Of a stretch of DNA of 64,000 nucleotides, positions 1 to 9,737 are shown piece by piece. A program made the translations under genes and the position numbers. This DNA is from Bacteroidota bacterium (GTDB lineage Bacteria > Bacteroidota > Bacteroidia > UKL13-3). The notes beneath the pieces were generated by a model. It had not been told where the DNA came from. It saw only the letters and a list, made by a program, of their open reading frames with translations, and did not search any database. Position 1 is the first letter of the stretch. Each line of letters opens with the position of its first letter. The stretch spans positions 243-64,242 of the forward strand of contig CANHDN010000001.1 of assembly GCA_947459415.1 (NCBI GenBank). The letters are read 5' to 3'.

Positions 1-344
1 GGAAATTTAGAGAACTAAAAGGAATTACCAGGGAGCAACTTGCTAGTGATCTTGGTATGAGTACCAGTGGCTATAGCAAAATTGAGAGGGGAGAAGTTGA
101 CTTATCTATTTCCAAGATTCACAAGATTTCAGAAGTTTTAGGTGTTGAAATATCGGAAATTTTAAATTTTGATGCTACCACTATTTTTAATGTTCAACAT
201 AATAGTTTGGTTCAAGGAACTGGAGCGAAAGCAGAAAATATGCACTTTCATAGTGATGAATATAAAGATAAATATATAAAAATGTTGGAAAAGGAGATTG
301 AGAGATTAAATGCCATTATTCAATCAATATCAAAGAAAAACTGA
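1..344 (+). CDS. XRE-family helix-turn-helix transcriptional regulator (5'-truncated at window edge)
   Basis: In-frame translation from nt 3 reads KFRELKGITREQLASDLGMSTSGYSKIERGE..., a classic HTH_XRE DNA-binding helix. The ORF continues to the stop at 344. The N-terminus lies outside the window. Confidence 0.6.
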   Translation, partial: KFRELKGITREQLASDLGMSTSGYSKIERGEVDLSISKIHKISEVLGVEISEILNFDATTIFNVQHNSLVQGTGAKAENMHFHSDEYKDKYIKMLEKEIERLNAIIQSISKKN

Positions 345-506
345 TCTAGTTTTATCTTGACCAATGAAAATTAATTAGAATGTTAGTTTTTACACTTAAT
401 AATTACAGCTCAAAAATTTTTTTAAATGCAAATAACCTGTAGTTGTTGTCTAATTAAATCGAAATATTAAATACCAAATTTCAGCAGCGGGATCACAAAC
501 AAAAAT

Positions 507-545
507 AAAACCTTTGAATGTTAATACTTTCAAAGGTTTTTTTGT
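507..545 (+). terminator. Rho-independent terminator-like hairpin
   Basis: Stem cctttgaa (511-518) pairs with ttcaaagg (529-536). It has flanking A/T extensions and a 10-nt loop, and is followed by a run of 7 T. Confidence 0.45.
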
Positions 546-705
546 TTAATGAACTTTTGAAAATTATTTTTTTGTTACAAAATGCTTTTCTATACCTTCA
601 TGCATCTTCAAAACTATTTTAATTGTTAGTTTAAAATAATAATAAACTAGCTTTTAGAAAATTGCTGGTAAATTTTATATTCGTGGCAAATAATTTATTT
701 TTAAT

Positions 706-2089
706 AATGCCCATGAACAAAAAAACGCCGCTGTCAATCCTTTTCTATTTGTTTGGGGCCTTCTTTTTAAATGCATTTGCTCAGCAAATTAATCATTACA
801 ATGAGGTAAAAAGTAATGTTAACTTCCCTCAGGGCTTTGATGAAATTAAATCTAAAGAGATTATTACCAGTGTTGCTTTAGAAAAATATAATTTAATAAA
901 AAAAGGCAGAATTATTGCTGATAAAAATTGGGAAATTTACCTGAATGCCATTGCTGGTAAATTATTACAAAACGATCCTGTTCTGAAACAGAAAATTAAG
1001 ATATGGTGTGTGAAAGATTTATCTGCTAATGCACTGTCATATATTGATGGGAGTATATTTCTGAATCAAGGTTTAATTATTCACCTTAAAACAGAAGCAG
1101 AACTTGCATTTATCATTGCCCACGAAATTGCGCATGTAATGAAACAACATGCACTAAAAGAAATTGAACTGCAAAATAAGATTACAAAAGCCGAAATAAA
1201 TACAGATGATCATATTGGCCGAAGTTATAGAAATCTGATACACTCAAAAGAAAATGAATATGAGGCAGATGGCATAGCACTGCAGCTTACCATTCAGGCA
1301 GGCTATCAACCCAACACGGCCATACAGGCACTCAATATTTTAAACTCAGATTCAAGTTTATTTGCTAGAATTCAAGTTGCACAAGCATTGGGAAATGAAA
1401 TTAATAATTCTTTGGCTCAACTGGATACCAGCGAGTGGATTAAAGTTAAAAAGCGTGATGAAAAGACGAGTTTAAAAATAGAGCTAAGTAATACAGACCA
1501 ATTCTCAACACATCCTGATGTAGCTAAGCGAATAATCTCCCTGAACGAGCAGCTAAAAGTATACGAACTGCCCGAAAAAACTCAAAATTTTCTAATAAAA
1601 GATAGTGATAGTTACGGAAAGATGCAGCAGCATTTAGCTAAGTTAGCATTAGATGCTGCCCTAGATGATTATGAATATCAGGTAGCAATCATGTTGGTAT
1701 TAACCAACAAATTTAAATTTGAACAAGAAACAAGAAAAAATACACTGATTAAATCCCTTTATTTTATAGCGCAATCAAAAGAAAATAAATACGATGAGGA
1801 GCTATTGGGTAAATGTTCAATTGGCATAGATTCAAATATGCTGGATTTAAATAAAATTATTTATTCCTACGATACAGACAAGTTCAAAAAGTTAATCTAT
1901 GGATATGCTAAAAAGCTAGTTGAACAAGAGCAAAATGAAGAAAGTTATTTCTATTACGCGCTTTGCAATGAGGCATTTCTGGGTAAACAAACCTCAATAA
2001 TTATTTTTCAGAATCTGTTGAATAAATTTCCGAATGGTAAATATGTTTTAACAGCCAAACAAAAGCTTGCTTACAATGATAAAAAATAG
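706..2089 (+). CDS. M48-family zinc metalloprotease (BepA/Ste24-like) with C-terminal helical/TPR-like region
   Basis: HExxH motif in the context IIAHEIAHVMKQH, typical of M48 peptidases. N-terminal signal peptide (MPMNKKTPLSILFYLFGAFFLNAFAQQ). The likely ATG is at 706 or 712 rather than the ORF-track start. Confidence 0.7.
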
Positions 2090-2798
2090 ATTAATACCCA
2101 TTTATATCTTCCTATTGCTGCTGGCAAGTGGATGTTCATATACTATTAATTGTTCTATACAGAAATCAGAATCTTTTATCACGCAAACCAAAGAGTTGAG
2201 TACTATTTTTTATTTGCGACCACAAGTTTCTGTTTTTAGGATTGATGGGTATAAAAAGGATGATTATTCGCTGGTAATTGCATCAGAAAATGAAATGAAT
2301 ACTGTTATTAACAAGCTAACTAAAAAATTTAAAATTAGGAACGAGCTTACAGCAAGAAATTTAATAACAGATAGCAGTTATTTATTAAACAATCTTGGCC
2401 AAAGAATTATAAATACCAACGAAATACAACAGAATATTTTTAATCAAATATCTCGTAAAGACGAAAGCCAACTTGTTCAACAATTGTTTACGGTAGAACC
2501 TAATATTGGCTATGATTATACCTCCTTAGCACCTGTACTCCATTCTGAATTGGTTGGCTTGGTAGGAGTAATTGCACTTGATTTAAAAAGTCAGGATAAA
2601 GAACTAGTTAGAAATATTGAGTATAGTAACTTTTTACCTCAAAACGGGTATCTGCAATATCACTACATTGTAAATATAGTTACTGGTAAAATTATTTACA
2701 GAGACATTAGGTTGTTTGACGCTCAAATTAAACCAGAGCATCTGATGGTAACCTTGTATGATACCTTTTATTTATTAAATAAAAACTTGAATCCATGA
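2079..2798 (+). CDS. hypothetical lipoprotein
   Basis: Lipobox-like N-terminus (LLLLASGCSYT). Its start overlaps the end of the M48 gene. No recognisable catalytic motif. Confidence 0.5.
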   Translation: MKNRLIPIYIFLLLLASGCSYTINCSIQKSESFITQTKELSTIFYLRPQVSVFRIDGYKKDDYSLVIASENEMNTVINKLTKKFKIRNELTARNLITDSSYLLNNLGQRIINTNEIQQNIFNQISRKDESQLVQQLFTVEPNIGYDYTSLAPVLHSELVGLVGVIALDLKSQDKELVRNIEYSNFLPQNGYLQYHYIVNIVTGKIIYRDIRLFDAQIKPEHLMVTLYDTFYLLNKNLNP

Positions 2799-3523
2799 GA
2801 AAGATACTGATTATTACTTTAATGTTGTTTTTCAATCTTCCTCTGCTATTGATGGCTCAAAATACTGGTTTTGCTGGTAAAAGAGTGTTATTGAAAAGTA
2901 ATGCTATTAATGGTGTTCAAGGTTTTTTTAATAGTTATGCTGCTGAGCTTGCCTTTCATAGAAAAATGACTATTACAGTTGCTTATGATGCGATTAATGC
3001 AGATATAAGGCAATCTTATCACCCAATGGAAACACTTGGATCAAGCATTGTGATGGATGCCAAGGCACAAACCTCATACAGGGGAATGATGATTGAATAT
3101 AGAAAATATTTTTCTCGCGAGAAACCTGCACCTTATGGACTCTTCATCTCAGCATCCTTTGCAAATGGGAATCTAAATATTGAAAAAGGCACCTACGCTG
3201 AAAAGGCTTTTTTAGCTGGAGGAACCCAAGATGTAATCTATAAAATAAATGGGATAAACACAAGCAGATTAAGTCTTGGGCTTGGTTACCAAAAACCAAT
3301 TAATAAATGGTTATTTGTTGGAGGACAATTGTCATTTGATTATACCAGGTTCGGAAATTTAATTAGTGGTTTACCTCAACAGGCGGCATCGGGTGTGTTA
3401 AAAAATTATGGATCAAATTTATTGTTTATGAATTTTTATGATGAAGATAAGCCCATTCAAGATCAACAAATGAGAACATATGGGATTTCTGGCAAAATTC
3501 AACTAGGAATGATGATATTTTAA
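2795..3523 (+). CDS. hypothetical secreted/outer-membrane beta-barrel-like protein
   Basis: Signal peptide ending ...LLLMAQN. Alternating hydrophobic pattern and aromatic-rich C-terminus. ATGA overlap with the upstream gene suggests co-translation in an operon. Confidence 0.5.
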   Translation: MRKILIITLMLFFNLPLLLMAQNTGFAGKRVLLKSNAINGVQGFFNSYAAELAFHRKMTITVAYDAINADIRQSYHPMETLGSSIVMDAKAQTSYRGMMIEYRKYFSREKPAPYGLFISASFANGNLNIEKGTYAEKAFLAGGTQDVIYKINGINTSRLSLGLGYQKPINKWLFVGGQLSFDYTRFGNLISGLPQQAASGVLKNYGSNLLFMNFYDEDKPIQDQQMRTYGISGKIQLGMMIF

Positions 3524-3533
3524 GGAACGTACT

Positions 3534-4007
3534 ATGAAAACAAATTATTTTAAATTAGTGTTGAGCATTTTTTTATTTTCCTTTATTTTTTCTGGATGCA
3601 GCAAGGAAGATGCCTTGTATACAGATAATTATGGAAATATTATTACACCAGAAACTCCCAAACATCCCATAACAGGTAAAAAATATTTTAATTGTACAAG
3701 GTATTTTAGCACAGGTAATGTTTGGGAAACCTTTGGAGTTGAAACGGTGGTTTCACCTACTCCTTTTCCTAATCTTTTTGTAATTGGTCAAATACAAATG
3801 AGTAGTGGTGGGGGAGCTGTGCAGAAAATTGAAAATAATTCATGTTTTGTGATGGATGAGGCAGGAAACCTGATTAGCAATGACCTAGTAAGTAACTATG
3901 GCTATACCTACCGGTTAAATGGGCAATACAATGCCATAACTAATAAAATCAGAATGACATTTACAAATGTTGAAGGCGGACCTTATTGTGTGTACGAGGA
4001 AAGATAA
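3534..4007 (+). CDS. hypothetical lipoprotein
   Basis: Signal peptide plus lipobox (FIFSGCSKED). Confidence 0.5.
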   Translation: MKTNYFKLVLSIFLFSFIFSGCSKEDALYTDNYGNIITPETPKHPITGKKYFNCTRYFSTGNVWETFGVETVVSPTPFPNLFVIGQIQMSSGGGAVQKIENNSCFVMDEAGNLISNDLVSNYGYTYRLNGQYNAITNKIRMTFTNVEGGPYCVYEER

Positions 4008-4019
4008 TAATTTAAAAAA

Positions 4020-4316
4020 TTGATAAACAGAATAGTAAGAATGAGTTTTGATCCGGAAAAGGTTCATGAATTTGAAACACTTTTTCAATCTGTGAAAAGT
4101 AAAATTGCAGCTTTTGAAGGATGTGAAGGATTACTCTTGTTAAAAGATGCTGAAGCTAATCACGTGTTTTTTACCTATAGTTATTGGCAAAGTGAATGGC
4201 ATTTAAATAATTACAGATATTCTGAGCTATTTGAACATACTTGGAGCGCCACCAAAAAATTGTTTAACGATAAGCCCATGGCATGGAGTTGTATCGTTTC
4301 TGAAAAGGTTAAATAA
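4020..4316 (+). CDS. ABM-domain (antibiotic biosynthesis monooxygenase-like) protein
   Basis: About 100 aa with a ferredoxin-like ABM pattern (VRMSFDPEKVHEFETLF...FFTYSYWQSEWHLNNY). Alternative start at 4041. Confidence 0.5.
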   Translation: MINRIVRMSFDPEKVHEFETLFQSVKSKIAAFEGCEGLLLLKDAEANHVFFTYSYWQSEWHLNNYRYSELFEHTWSATKKLFNDKPMAWSCIVSEKVK

Positions 4317-4412
4317 GTGTATACTAAATAGGGTTTCGCACAGGTTTTATTCTTAATTAGCTTTGGGTAAGCCACTGAATAATTCATACTTTTGAGGTTT
4401 AAATATTCAAGC

Positions 4413-6092
4413 ATGCTCAAAAAGTTTGTCTTTGTTTTGTTTTGTTTTACATTTTTTTGCCACTACTCAGTCATTGCTAAGCCTCTAGATTCTTTGCGTT
4501 TGGAGTTGCGTGCGGCAAAAAAATACATCGTACATCGGGTTGTAAAAGGAGATGGAATCCAATCCATTGCGGCAAGATATGCAGTAAGTGAAGCAGAAAT
4601 TTTGAGCAGCAATCCTTTAATTATTGAAGAGGTTTATCCAGGTCAAATAGTTAAAATTCCAATGAATGTTTCTAAATATGGTGAGCTTAATATTCCTCCT
4701 GTAAAATCTTTGGCTCCATCTAATTTGCCAATTGCAAAAACACTACCACCCACAAACACACTTGCTTCTAAAGAAACACCACAATCAGAATCCGCGGGTG
4801 ATGTAGTAAAGTTAGATGTTACTGACAGTAAATTTCATTCAATTTCTTCAGAACCTAAAATTTATGTGGTGGCTAGTCCGCAAACGGTAAATCAACTAGC
4901 AGATATTTTTGGGGTCGATCCGACTGATATTATTGAATTAAATGCACTTAAAAGTAATAACTTAAAAGAGGGTCAAAAAGTAAAAATCCCAAATTTATCT
5001 CCAGCACCTGTTGTTGCCAAAGAAGAGCCTAAAAAGGCTCCTATTGAACCCATTCCAGTTGCTCCGAAAGTAGAAATAGCAAAAGTTTCAGCACCCCCGA
5101 GAATTGATGTAAATAGGGATGTGCCAAAGGTAGAAGAACCTAAAAGAATTGCTGAGCCAACGCCTGAAAAGTTAATTGCAAAAGCACCTGAGTCGATTCC
5201 AACATCTGATGTAAAACTTAATGTGAAGCCAGAAATGATCGCAAGCGCACCCATTGGATTGAAAGTGCAAAGTGCCCCACAAGAAAAAACAAATCCAGGA
5301 CCAAATAAAGAAGCTAAGATAACAAGTAAAAAGCCTAATAATAAAAATGTGATACCAAGTTTAAACGCAGATTCTTTAAACTTGCTCACGCTCAAAAAAC
5401 GCAGGAGTATGGAGCAATTAATGAAAATGGATAGTGAATACGTGCATCCAAAAGGTATTGCCTATAAAGTTTTCGATTATAAAGAAACTGATTATAACTA
5501 CGATTTATTTTCAACCCTAAGCGCCGAAGAAAATGCCATCGTAGTTCCAAATACACACCAAACTGCCGGAATAGGAGATGCTCAAAAAACGCATGTTGTA
5601 AAAAAGGACGAAACAATACAACAAATTGCCCAAAAGTATAAAGTTTCAGCCACAGATATTATTAATTGGAATGGTTTATTAACCTACCGCGTTAGGGCAG
5701 GGCAAGAACTTACCATCAATTCAAATCGTGCAGATGTTTCTCCTTATGTGAGAACCTTACCAGCAAATAAATTAACACAAAATAGGGCTAGTGAAGATAT
5801 CATAGGATATGAGAAAGTTTCTGGTCTAGCCAAATACAATGGTAAACAAGAGTATGCCTTAGGTGTATATACCAATGCAACCGATAAGGGTAAATTTGTT
5901 TACATTGTTAATAGGGATAACTTTAAAGAGCATTTTGCAAGGGTGTTGGGCCCTTTACCTCTAGGCACACCAAAAGAAATTGTTATTATTTTGGATCCTC
6001 AATCTGCCGAACAATTAGGTATTACTAAATCGCTTATGCGTGTTTTTGTTTATTTTGGATTGGTTAATCCACCCACGGAAGCCAAGAACTAA
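4413..6092 (+). CDS. LysM peptidoglycan-binding protein with three LysM domains and a Pro/Ala/Lys-rich disordered spacer
   Basis: Three LysM-like segments: YIVHRVVKGDGIQSIAARY...GQIVKIP, YVVASPQTVNQLADIFGV...GQKVKIP and HVVKKDETIQQIAQKYKV...GQELTI. Low-complexity PAPVVAKEEPKKAPIEPIPVAPK... linker. Signal peptide. Confidence 0.7.
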   Translation: MLKKFVFVLFCFTFFCHYSVIAKPLDSLRLELRAAKKYIVHRVVKGDGIQSIAARYAVSEAEILSSNPLIIEEVYPGQIVKIPMNVSKYGELNIPPVKSLAPSNLPIAKTLPPTNTLASKETPQSESAGDVVKLDVTDSKFHSISSEPKIYVVASPQTVNQLADIFGVDPTDIIELNALKSNNLKEGQKVKIPNLSPAPVVAKEEPKKAPIEPIPVAPKVEIAKVSAPPRIDVNRDVPKVEEPKRIAEPTPEKLIAKAPESIPTSDVKLNVKPEMIASAPIGLKVQSAPQEKTNPGPNKEAKITSKKPNNKNVIPSLNADSLNLLTLKKRRSMEQLMKMDSEYVHPKGIAYKVFDYKETDYNYDLFSTLSAEENAIVVPNTHQTAGIGDAQKTHVVKKDETIQQIAQKYKVSATDIINWNGLLTYRVRAGQELTINSNRADVSPYVRTLPANKLTQNRASEDIIGYEKVSGLAKYNGKQEYALGVYTNATDKGKFVYIVNRDNFKEHFARVLGPLPLGTPKEIVIILDPQSAEQLGITKSLMRVFVYFGLVNPPTEAKN

Positions 6093-6097
6093 TATGT

Positions 6098-6991
6098 ATG
6101 TATAAAGAGCCCCAAATAGAGGCAAATTTGCGCCCCTGTGATCCTGATTCTAGGTTTAGTATTTTAATTCCTAGCTGGAATAATTTACCATATCTCAAGT
6201 TGTGTATTCATAGTATTGAAAAGAATAGTTCTTTTAAGCATCAAATCATTATTCATGTAAATGAAGGGGTGGATAGTACTTTACAATGGGTTAAAAACAG
6301 TAATTATTCCTATACTTATTCAAAAGAGAATGTGGGCGTATGTTATGCATTAAATGCTATGTCTGCATTGGTGCAAACTAACTATGTTTTGTATGTAAAT
6401 GATGATATGTATTTAGCCAAAAAATGGGATCAATATTTGTTAGAAGAAATAGCTTTACAAGACAATAATTTGTTTTATTTTTCTGCTACTATGGTTGAGT
6501 TTGAAGGAGGAGCTAATAAAGCGATTTTAGCGCCTTTTGATTTTGGCCGAACCCATGATACTTTTGATGAAACAGCTTTTTTATTATTTGCAGAAAAGCA
6601 ACTAAAATCAGATTGGTTTGGCTCTTGTTGGCCACCCAGCTTGGTTCATAAAGAGATTTGGGATAAAGTACATGGATATGATGTTAATTATTCACCAGGC
6701 TTTTATTCTGATCCAGATTTTGCCATGAAATTGTGGGAAATTGGAGTGAGAGAATTTAAAGGGATTGGAAGAAGTTTAGTCTATCATTTTAAATGCAAAT
6801 CTACCGGTAGGGTAATCAGAAACAATGGAAGGAAAACTTTTGCGAAAAAGTGGGGTGTTCCATCTTCTTTCTTATTTAAAGAAATGTTGTTGATGGGACA
6901 ATCCTATGATCAAAATATAAAACTCAGTAAGCCCAATGGGTTTAAAATATTGTTAGCTAAATGTAAGGCTTGGTATATTGCAAAAATTTAA
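6098..6991 (+). CDS. family-2 glycosyltransferase
   Basis: N-terminal SILIPSWNNLPYLKLCIHSI is a typical GT2 nucleotide-sugar-binding start. DxD-like YVNDDMY. Confidence 0.6.
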   Translation: MYKEPQIEANLRPCDPDSRFSILIPSWNNLPYLKLCIHSIEKNSSFKHQIIIHVNEGVDSTLQWVKNSNYSYTYSKENVGVCYALNAMSALVQTNYVLYVNDDMYLAKKWDQYLLEEIALQDNNLFYFSATMVEFEGGANKAILAPFDFGRTHDTFDETAFLLFAEKQLKSDWFGSCWPPSLVHKEIWDKVHGYDVNYSPGFYSDPDFAMKLWEIGVREFKGIGRSLVYHFKCKSTGRVIRNNGRKTFAKKWGVPSSFLFKEMLLMGQSYDQNIKLSKPNGFKILLAKCKAWYIAKI

Positions 6992-7707
6992 AGTTGAGCC
7001 AATAAATTATTGCTTCCTATATTTCCAGATCTAATTTGAAACCCTTCTCCATATTGCACGCCAATGCGTCTTCCAAACTCTATTGCTCTACCCTTAATAA
7101 ATTCGATAAATTCTGGTGTAGAAATGGGTGTGATGGGGTCATTAGAGTTTGGATCGAAAAATTGAGATTTAAATGCCAAAATACTTTCCATTTTTTTTGG
7201 GAAATAGGAGCTTATGTCAAACACAATATCTGGCGTCTGTAATTGATCTTGAATGTAGTGATATACTTTTTTGGGTCGCCAAGATTCTTGATTGATACCT
7301 GCGAATTCTGTTTTTATTTTTACCAAGCCAGCTAGAAAACAAGCATCATGAACCAAATCGCTTGCCCTTCCATGATCAATATGCCTATCTGAAATGGCAT
7401 TAGCTAATACAATGCTAGGTTGATATTTTCTAATAGTTTGAATGAGCTTTAATAGATGCGTTTCATCTTTGGTAAAGAATCCATCTCTAAAACCAAGATT
7501 TTCCCTGCAGTCTAGTCCTAAGATTTTACTGGCTACCTCTGCCTCTTGTCTGCGCAATTGAACACTTCCTCTGGTTCCAAGTTCTCCTTCTGTTAGGTCA
7601 ACTAGGGCCACTTTATATCCAAGGTCTTTGTGCGCTAAAATGGTTCCGCTACAAGATAACTCAGCATCATCTGGATGTGCTGCAAAAACGAGCAAATCTA
7701 CCTTCAT
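6988..7707 (-). CDS. bshB1: PIG-L/LmbE-family N-acetylglucosaminyl deacetylase (bacillithiol biosynthesis BshB1-like)
   Basis: N-terminal LLVFAAHPDDAELSCSGTI is the zinc-binding signature of the LmbE/PIG-L family. The BshB1 assignment is by family plus phylum inference. Confidence 0.6.
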   Translation of the reverse strand: MKVDLLVFAAHPDDAELSCSGTILAHKDLGYKVALVDLTEGELGTRGSVQLRRQEAEVASKILGLDCRENLGFRDGFFTKDETHLLKLIQTIRKYQPSIVLANAISDRHIDHGRASDLVHDACFLAGLVKIKTEFAGINQESWRPKKVYHYIQDQLQTPDIVFDISSYFPKKMESILAFKSQFFDPNSNDPITPISTPEFIEFIKGRAIEFGRRIGVQYGEGFQIRSGNIGSNNLLAQL

Positions 7708-7713
7708 TGCGTC

Positions 7714-9165
7714 TTACTTAACTTTATTTTTATTCTCTTGATCTTGAATAAACTCTTTTACCTGCTCAACATTTAATCGCTTGGCTATTATTTTTTTATT
7801 CTCATCTAACAAATACAAAACAGGTGTACTATAAATGTCATATAGTTTTCTAAAATTTGTTTCATTGTTTGGATCGTATACGTTTAGCCATTTAAAGTTT
7901 TGTTCTCTGATATATTTTTGCCATTCTTTACCATCTGGTGTGAGGCTAACTGCAAAAACATCAAAAAATGATTTACCATTGATGCTAGCTTTTGGGTTCA
8001 GTTCTTCATAAAGCTTCTTTAATTTAGGCATTTCTTCTTTACATTTACCACAATTAGCATCCCAAAAAATAAGAAGGGTATAATTTGCTTTTACATTATA
8101 TAAACTGTGATAAACATGATTGGTATCTAACATGGTTAGGTTTTGACCGCGTAAGCCAATTAAATTATTTCTGAGTTGGTCTGCACGGTCTTTCATCTTG
8201 AATAGTAAGGTTTCATCTATCCAAAATGCTTTTCCCTTGGCATAATATTGATCAACCATATGAACAAAAACCTTATCCATACCCATATAGCTTGAGGTTT
8301 CGTAATGATTGGTAATCCAGAATAAGAGGTATTTAAAATTTTCCTTACCTGTTGCTTTATTCAAAATGAAATCTGCAGATTTAATGATACTATCTGGGAT
8401 TTGAGGGGTAAGTTTAAGAATAAATGATTCAAATTTATTATGAAAAACAGGGGTTCTTACAATTCTATCATCAGATAAATCCATATTATCAAAGTAATGC
8501 TGATAATAATAATTGAACTGATAATTGCTGTCTATTATTTGGCCTTTTTCGTTTCTAGGAGCATCTGGTACTTCTATATCTGTCATCATTTTAAATATCT
8601 TGGCCAATAAAGTAGTTGGATGTTTTTCTAACACTCCTTTTCTATAATCAAATAAATCGCTTGATATCTTTCTGTACTTATCTGTTAGTATGCGCGTTTG
8701 AGCCGTGTCTTTAAGTTCTTTTGCTCTTTTTAAATCTGCTTCAATATTGCCTGCATCTTTCCCAACCTGATTGGTAAATTTAGTATAATTAAAAAAAACA
8801 TCATTCTCATATGAATTCTTAATTTTCATGGAGCCTACTAAACTATTTAAATCAGTTTCAAGACTGAAAAACATCTCACTGACAATAAAGTCGAACAACA
8901 GAGACTTTTCTGAAGAGGCAATCAGATAAACTCCACCTTCTAAAGCTTTCTCTCCTTTAAATACCATTTTTCCCGACTTATCAGTAATGGCACTATCTCT
9001 TAAATATTGTTTGTCGCCGAAATAATATCCCAAGAAAAATTTAGTTTCAGGGGCACCTTTTATGGTAATACTAATATGATAAGCATCTTTTGCAAAAGCT
9101 GTTAAACTAATAAATAGAATAAATAATAGGGATACACTTTGTTTTTTCATAATTGATAAGGTCAT
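7714..9165 (-). CDS. thioredoxin-fold (TlpA/AhpC-TSA-like) protein with N-terminal DUF4369-like domain
   Basis: Signal peptide. C-terminal thioredoxin-like region with FWDANCGKCKEEMPKLKKLYEEL (CxxC). Confidence 0.6.
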   Translation of the reverse strand: MTLSIMKKQSVSLLFILFISLTAFAKDAYHISITIKGAPETKFFLGYYFGDKQYLRDSAITDKSGKMVFKGEKALEGGVYLIASSEKSLLFDFIVSEMFFSLETDLNSLVGSMKIKNSYENDVFFNYTKFTNQVGKDAGNIEADLKRAKELKDTAQTRILTDKYRKISSDLFDYRKGVLEKHPTTLLAKIFKMMTDIEVPDAPRNEKGQIIDSNYQFNYYYQHYFDNMDLSDDRIVRTPVFHNKFESFILKLTPQIPDSIIKSADFILNKATGKENFKYLLFWITNHYETSSYMGMDKVFVHMVDQYYAKGKAFWIDETLLFKMKDRADQLRNNLIGLRGQNLTMLDTNHVYHSLYNVKANYTLLIFWDANCGKCKEEMPKLKKLYEELNPKASINGKSFFDVFAVSLTPDGKEWQKYIREQNFKWLNVYDPNNETNFRKLYDIYSTPVLYLLDENKKIIAKRLNVEQVKEFIQDQENKNKVK

Positions 9166-9300
9166 ATTACGCCGTGAAATTAACTATTTTCATGCCAAAC
9201 GTGCAAGTATCACTTATAATTAACAATTTTTAAAGTTTTTTCATGTTTTTTATTAGCTTCTATTATGATTTTCATCATTTAAAGGGGCATTTTTTAAACA

Positions 9301-9308
9301 TAGTTTTG
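9301..9308 (+). promoter_or_regulatory. candidate Bacteroidota -7 promoter element (TAnnTTTG)
   Basis: TAGTTTTG lies 35 nt upstream of the ATG at 9343. It matches the Bacteroides sigma-A -7 consensus. No clear -33 element seen. Confidence 0.25.
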
Positions 9309-9342
9309 AGCATTAATTACAAAAGAATTAATACACATTAAT

Positions 9343-9726
9343 ATGGAAAACAAAGCACATTTAAACGAAGCCCATTCAAAAATGCATGAATGGCAAAAAG
9401 AATTAACTTTTTATGCAGATGAGTTGAAGATTTTTGAAAATAGGCTAGGTGAATTAGTAATTAAAAACAATAAAAAAGACCTGCTAGCAGAACTTGAACA
9501 TTTTCAGAATCAATTTATCAGACATCAGGAGGTAATAGATACATTAAAACACGATTGCAAACTGTTTGAGCATGCAATTGTAAAAGAGGTTGAGCATAAT
9601 CTAATAGCTACAAACCGCAGAACAATTGATATTCCTGTAAACTTAGCAGACCAATACCATACCTTTTTAAGGATTTATAAAGAATTAAAAACAGATTTTG
9701 AGAAATTTCTGGCTAAGACCCTTTAA
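9343..9726 (+). CDS. hypothetical protein (predicted helical/coiled-coil, 127 aa)
   Basis: ORF with good coding periodicity and its own AT-rich upstream region. No recognisable motif. Confidence 0.45.
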   Translation: MENKAHLNEAHSKMHEWQKELTFYADELKIFENRLGELVIKNNKKDLLAELEHFQNQFIRHQEVIDTLKHDCKLFEHAIVKEVEHNLIATNRRTIDIPVNLADQYHTFLRIYKELKTDFEKFLAKTL

Positions 9727-9737
9727 ATTTGACGGCA

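Noticed and set aside
4211-4420. 69-aa minus-strand ORF overlapping the ABM gene end and the LysM gene start
   Set aside because: Short, with no motif. It overlaps two better-supported genes and their intergenic region.
4973-5395. 140-aa antisense ORF inside the LysM gene
   Set aside because: Generated by the Pro/Ala/Lys low-complexity spacer on the coding strand. The Gly/Ser/Phe-rich product has no start-site context and is fully embedded in a better-supported gene.
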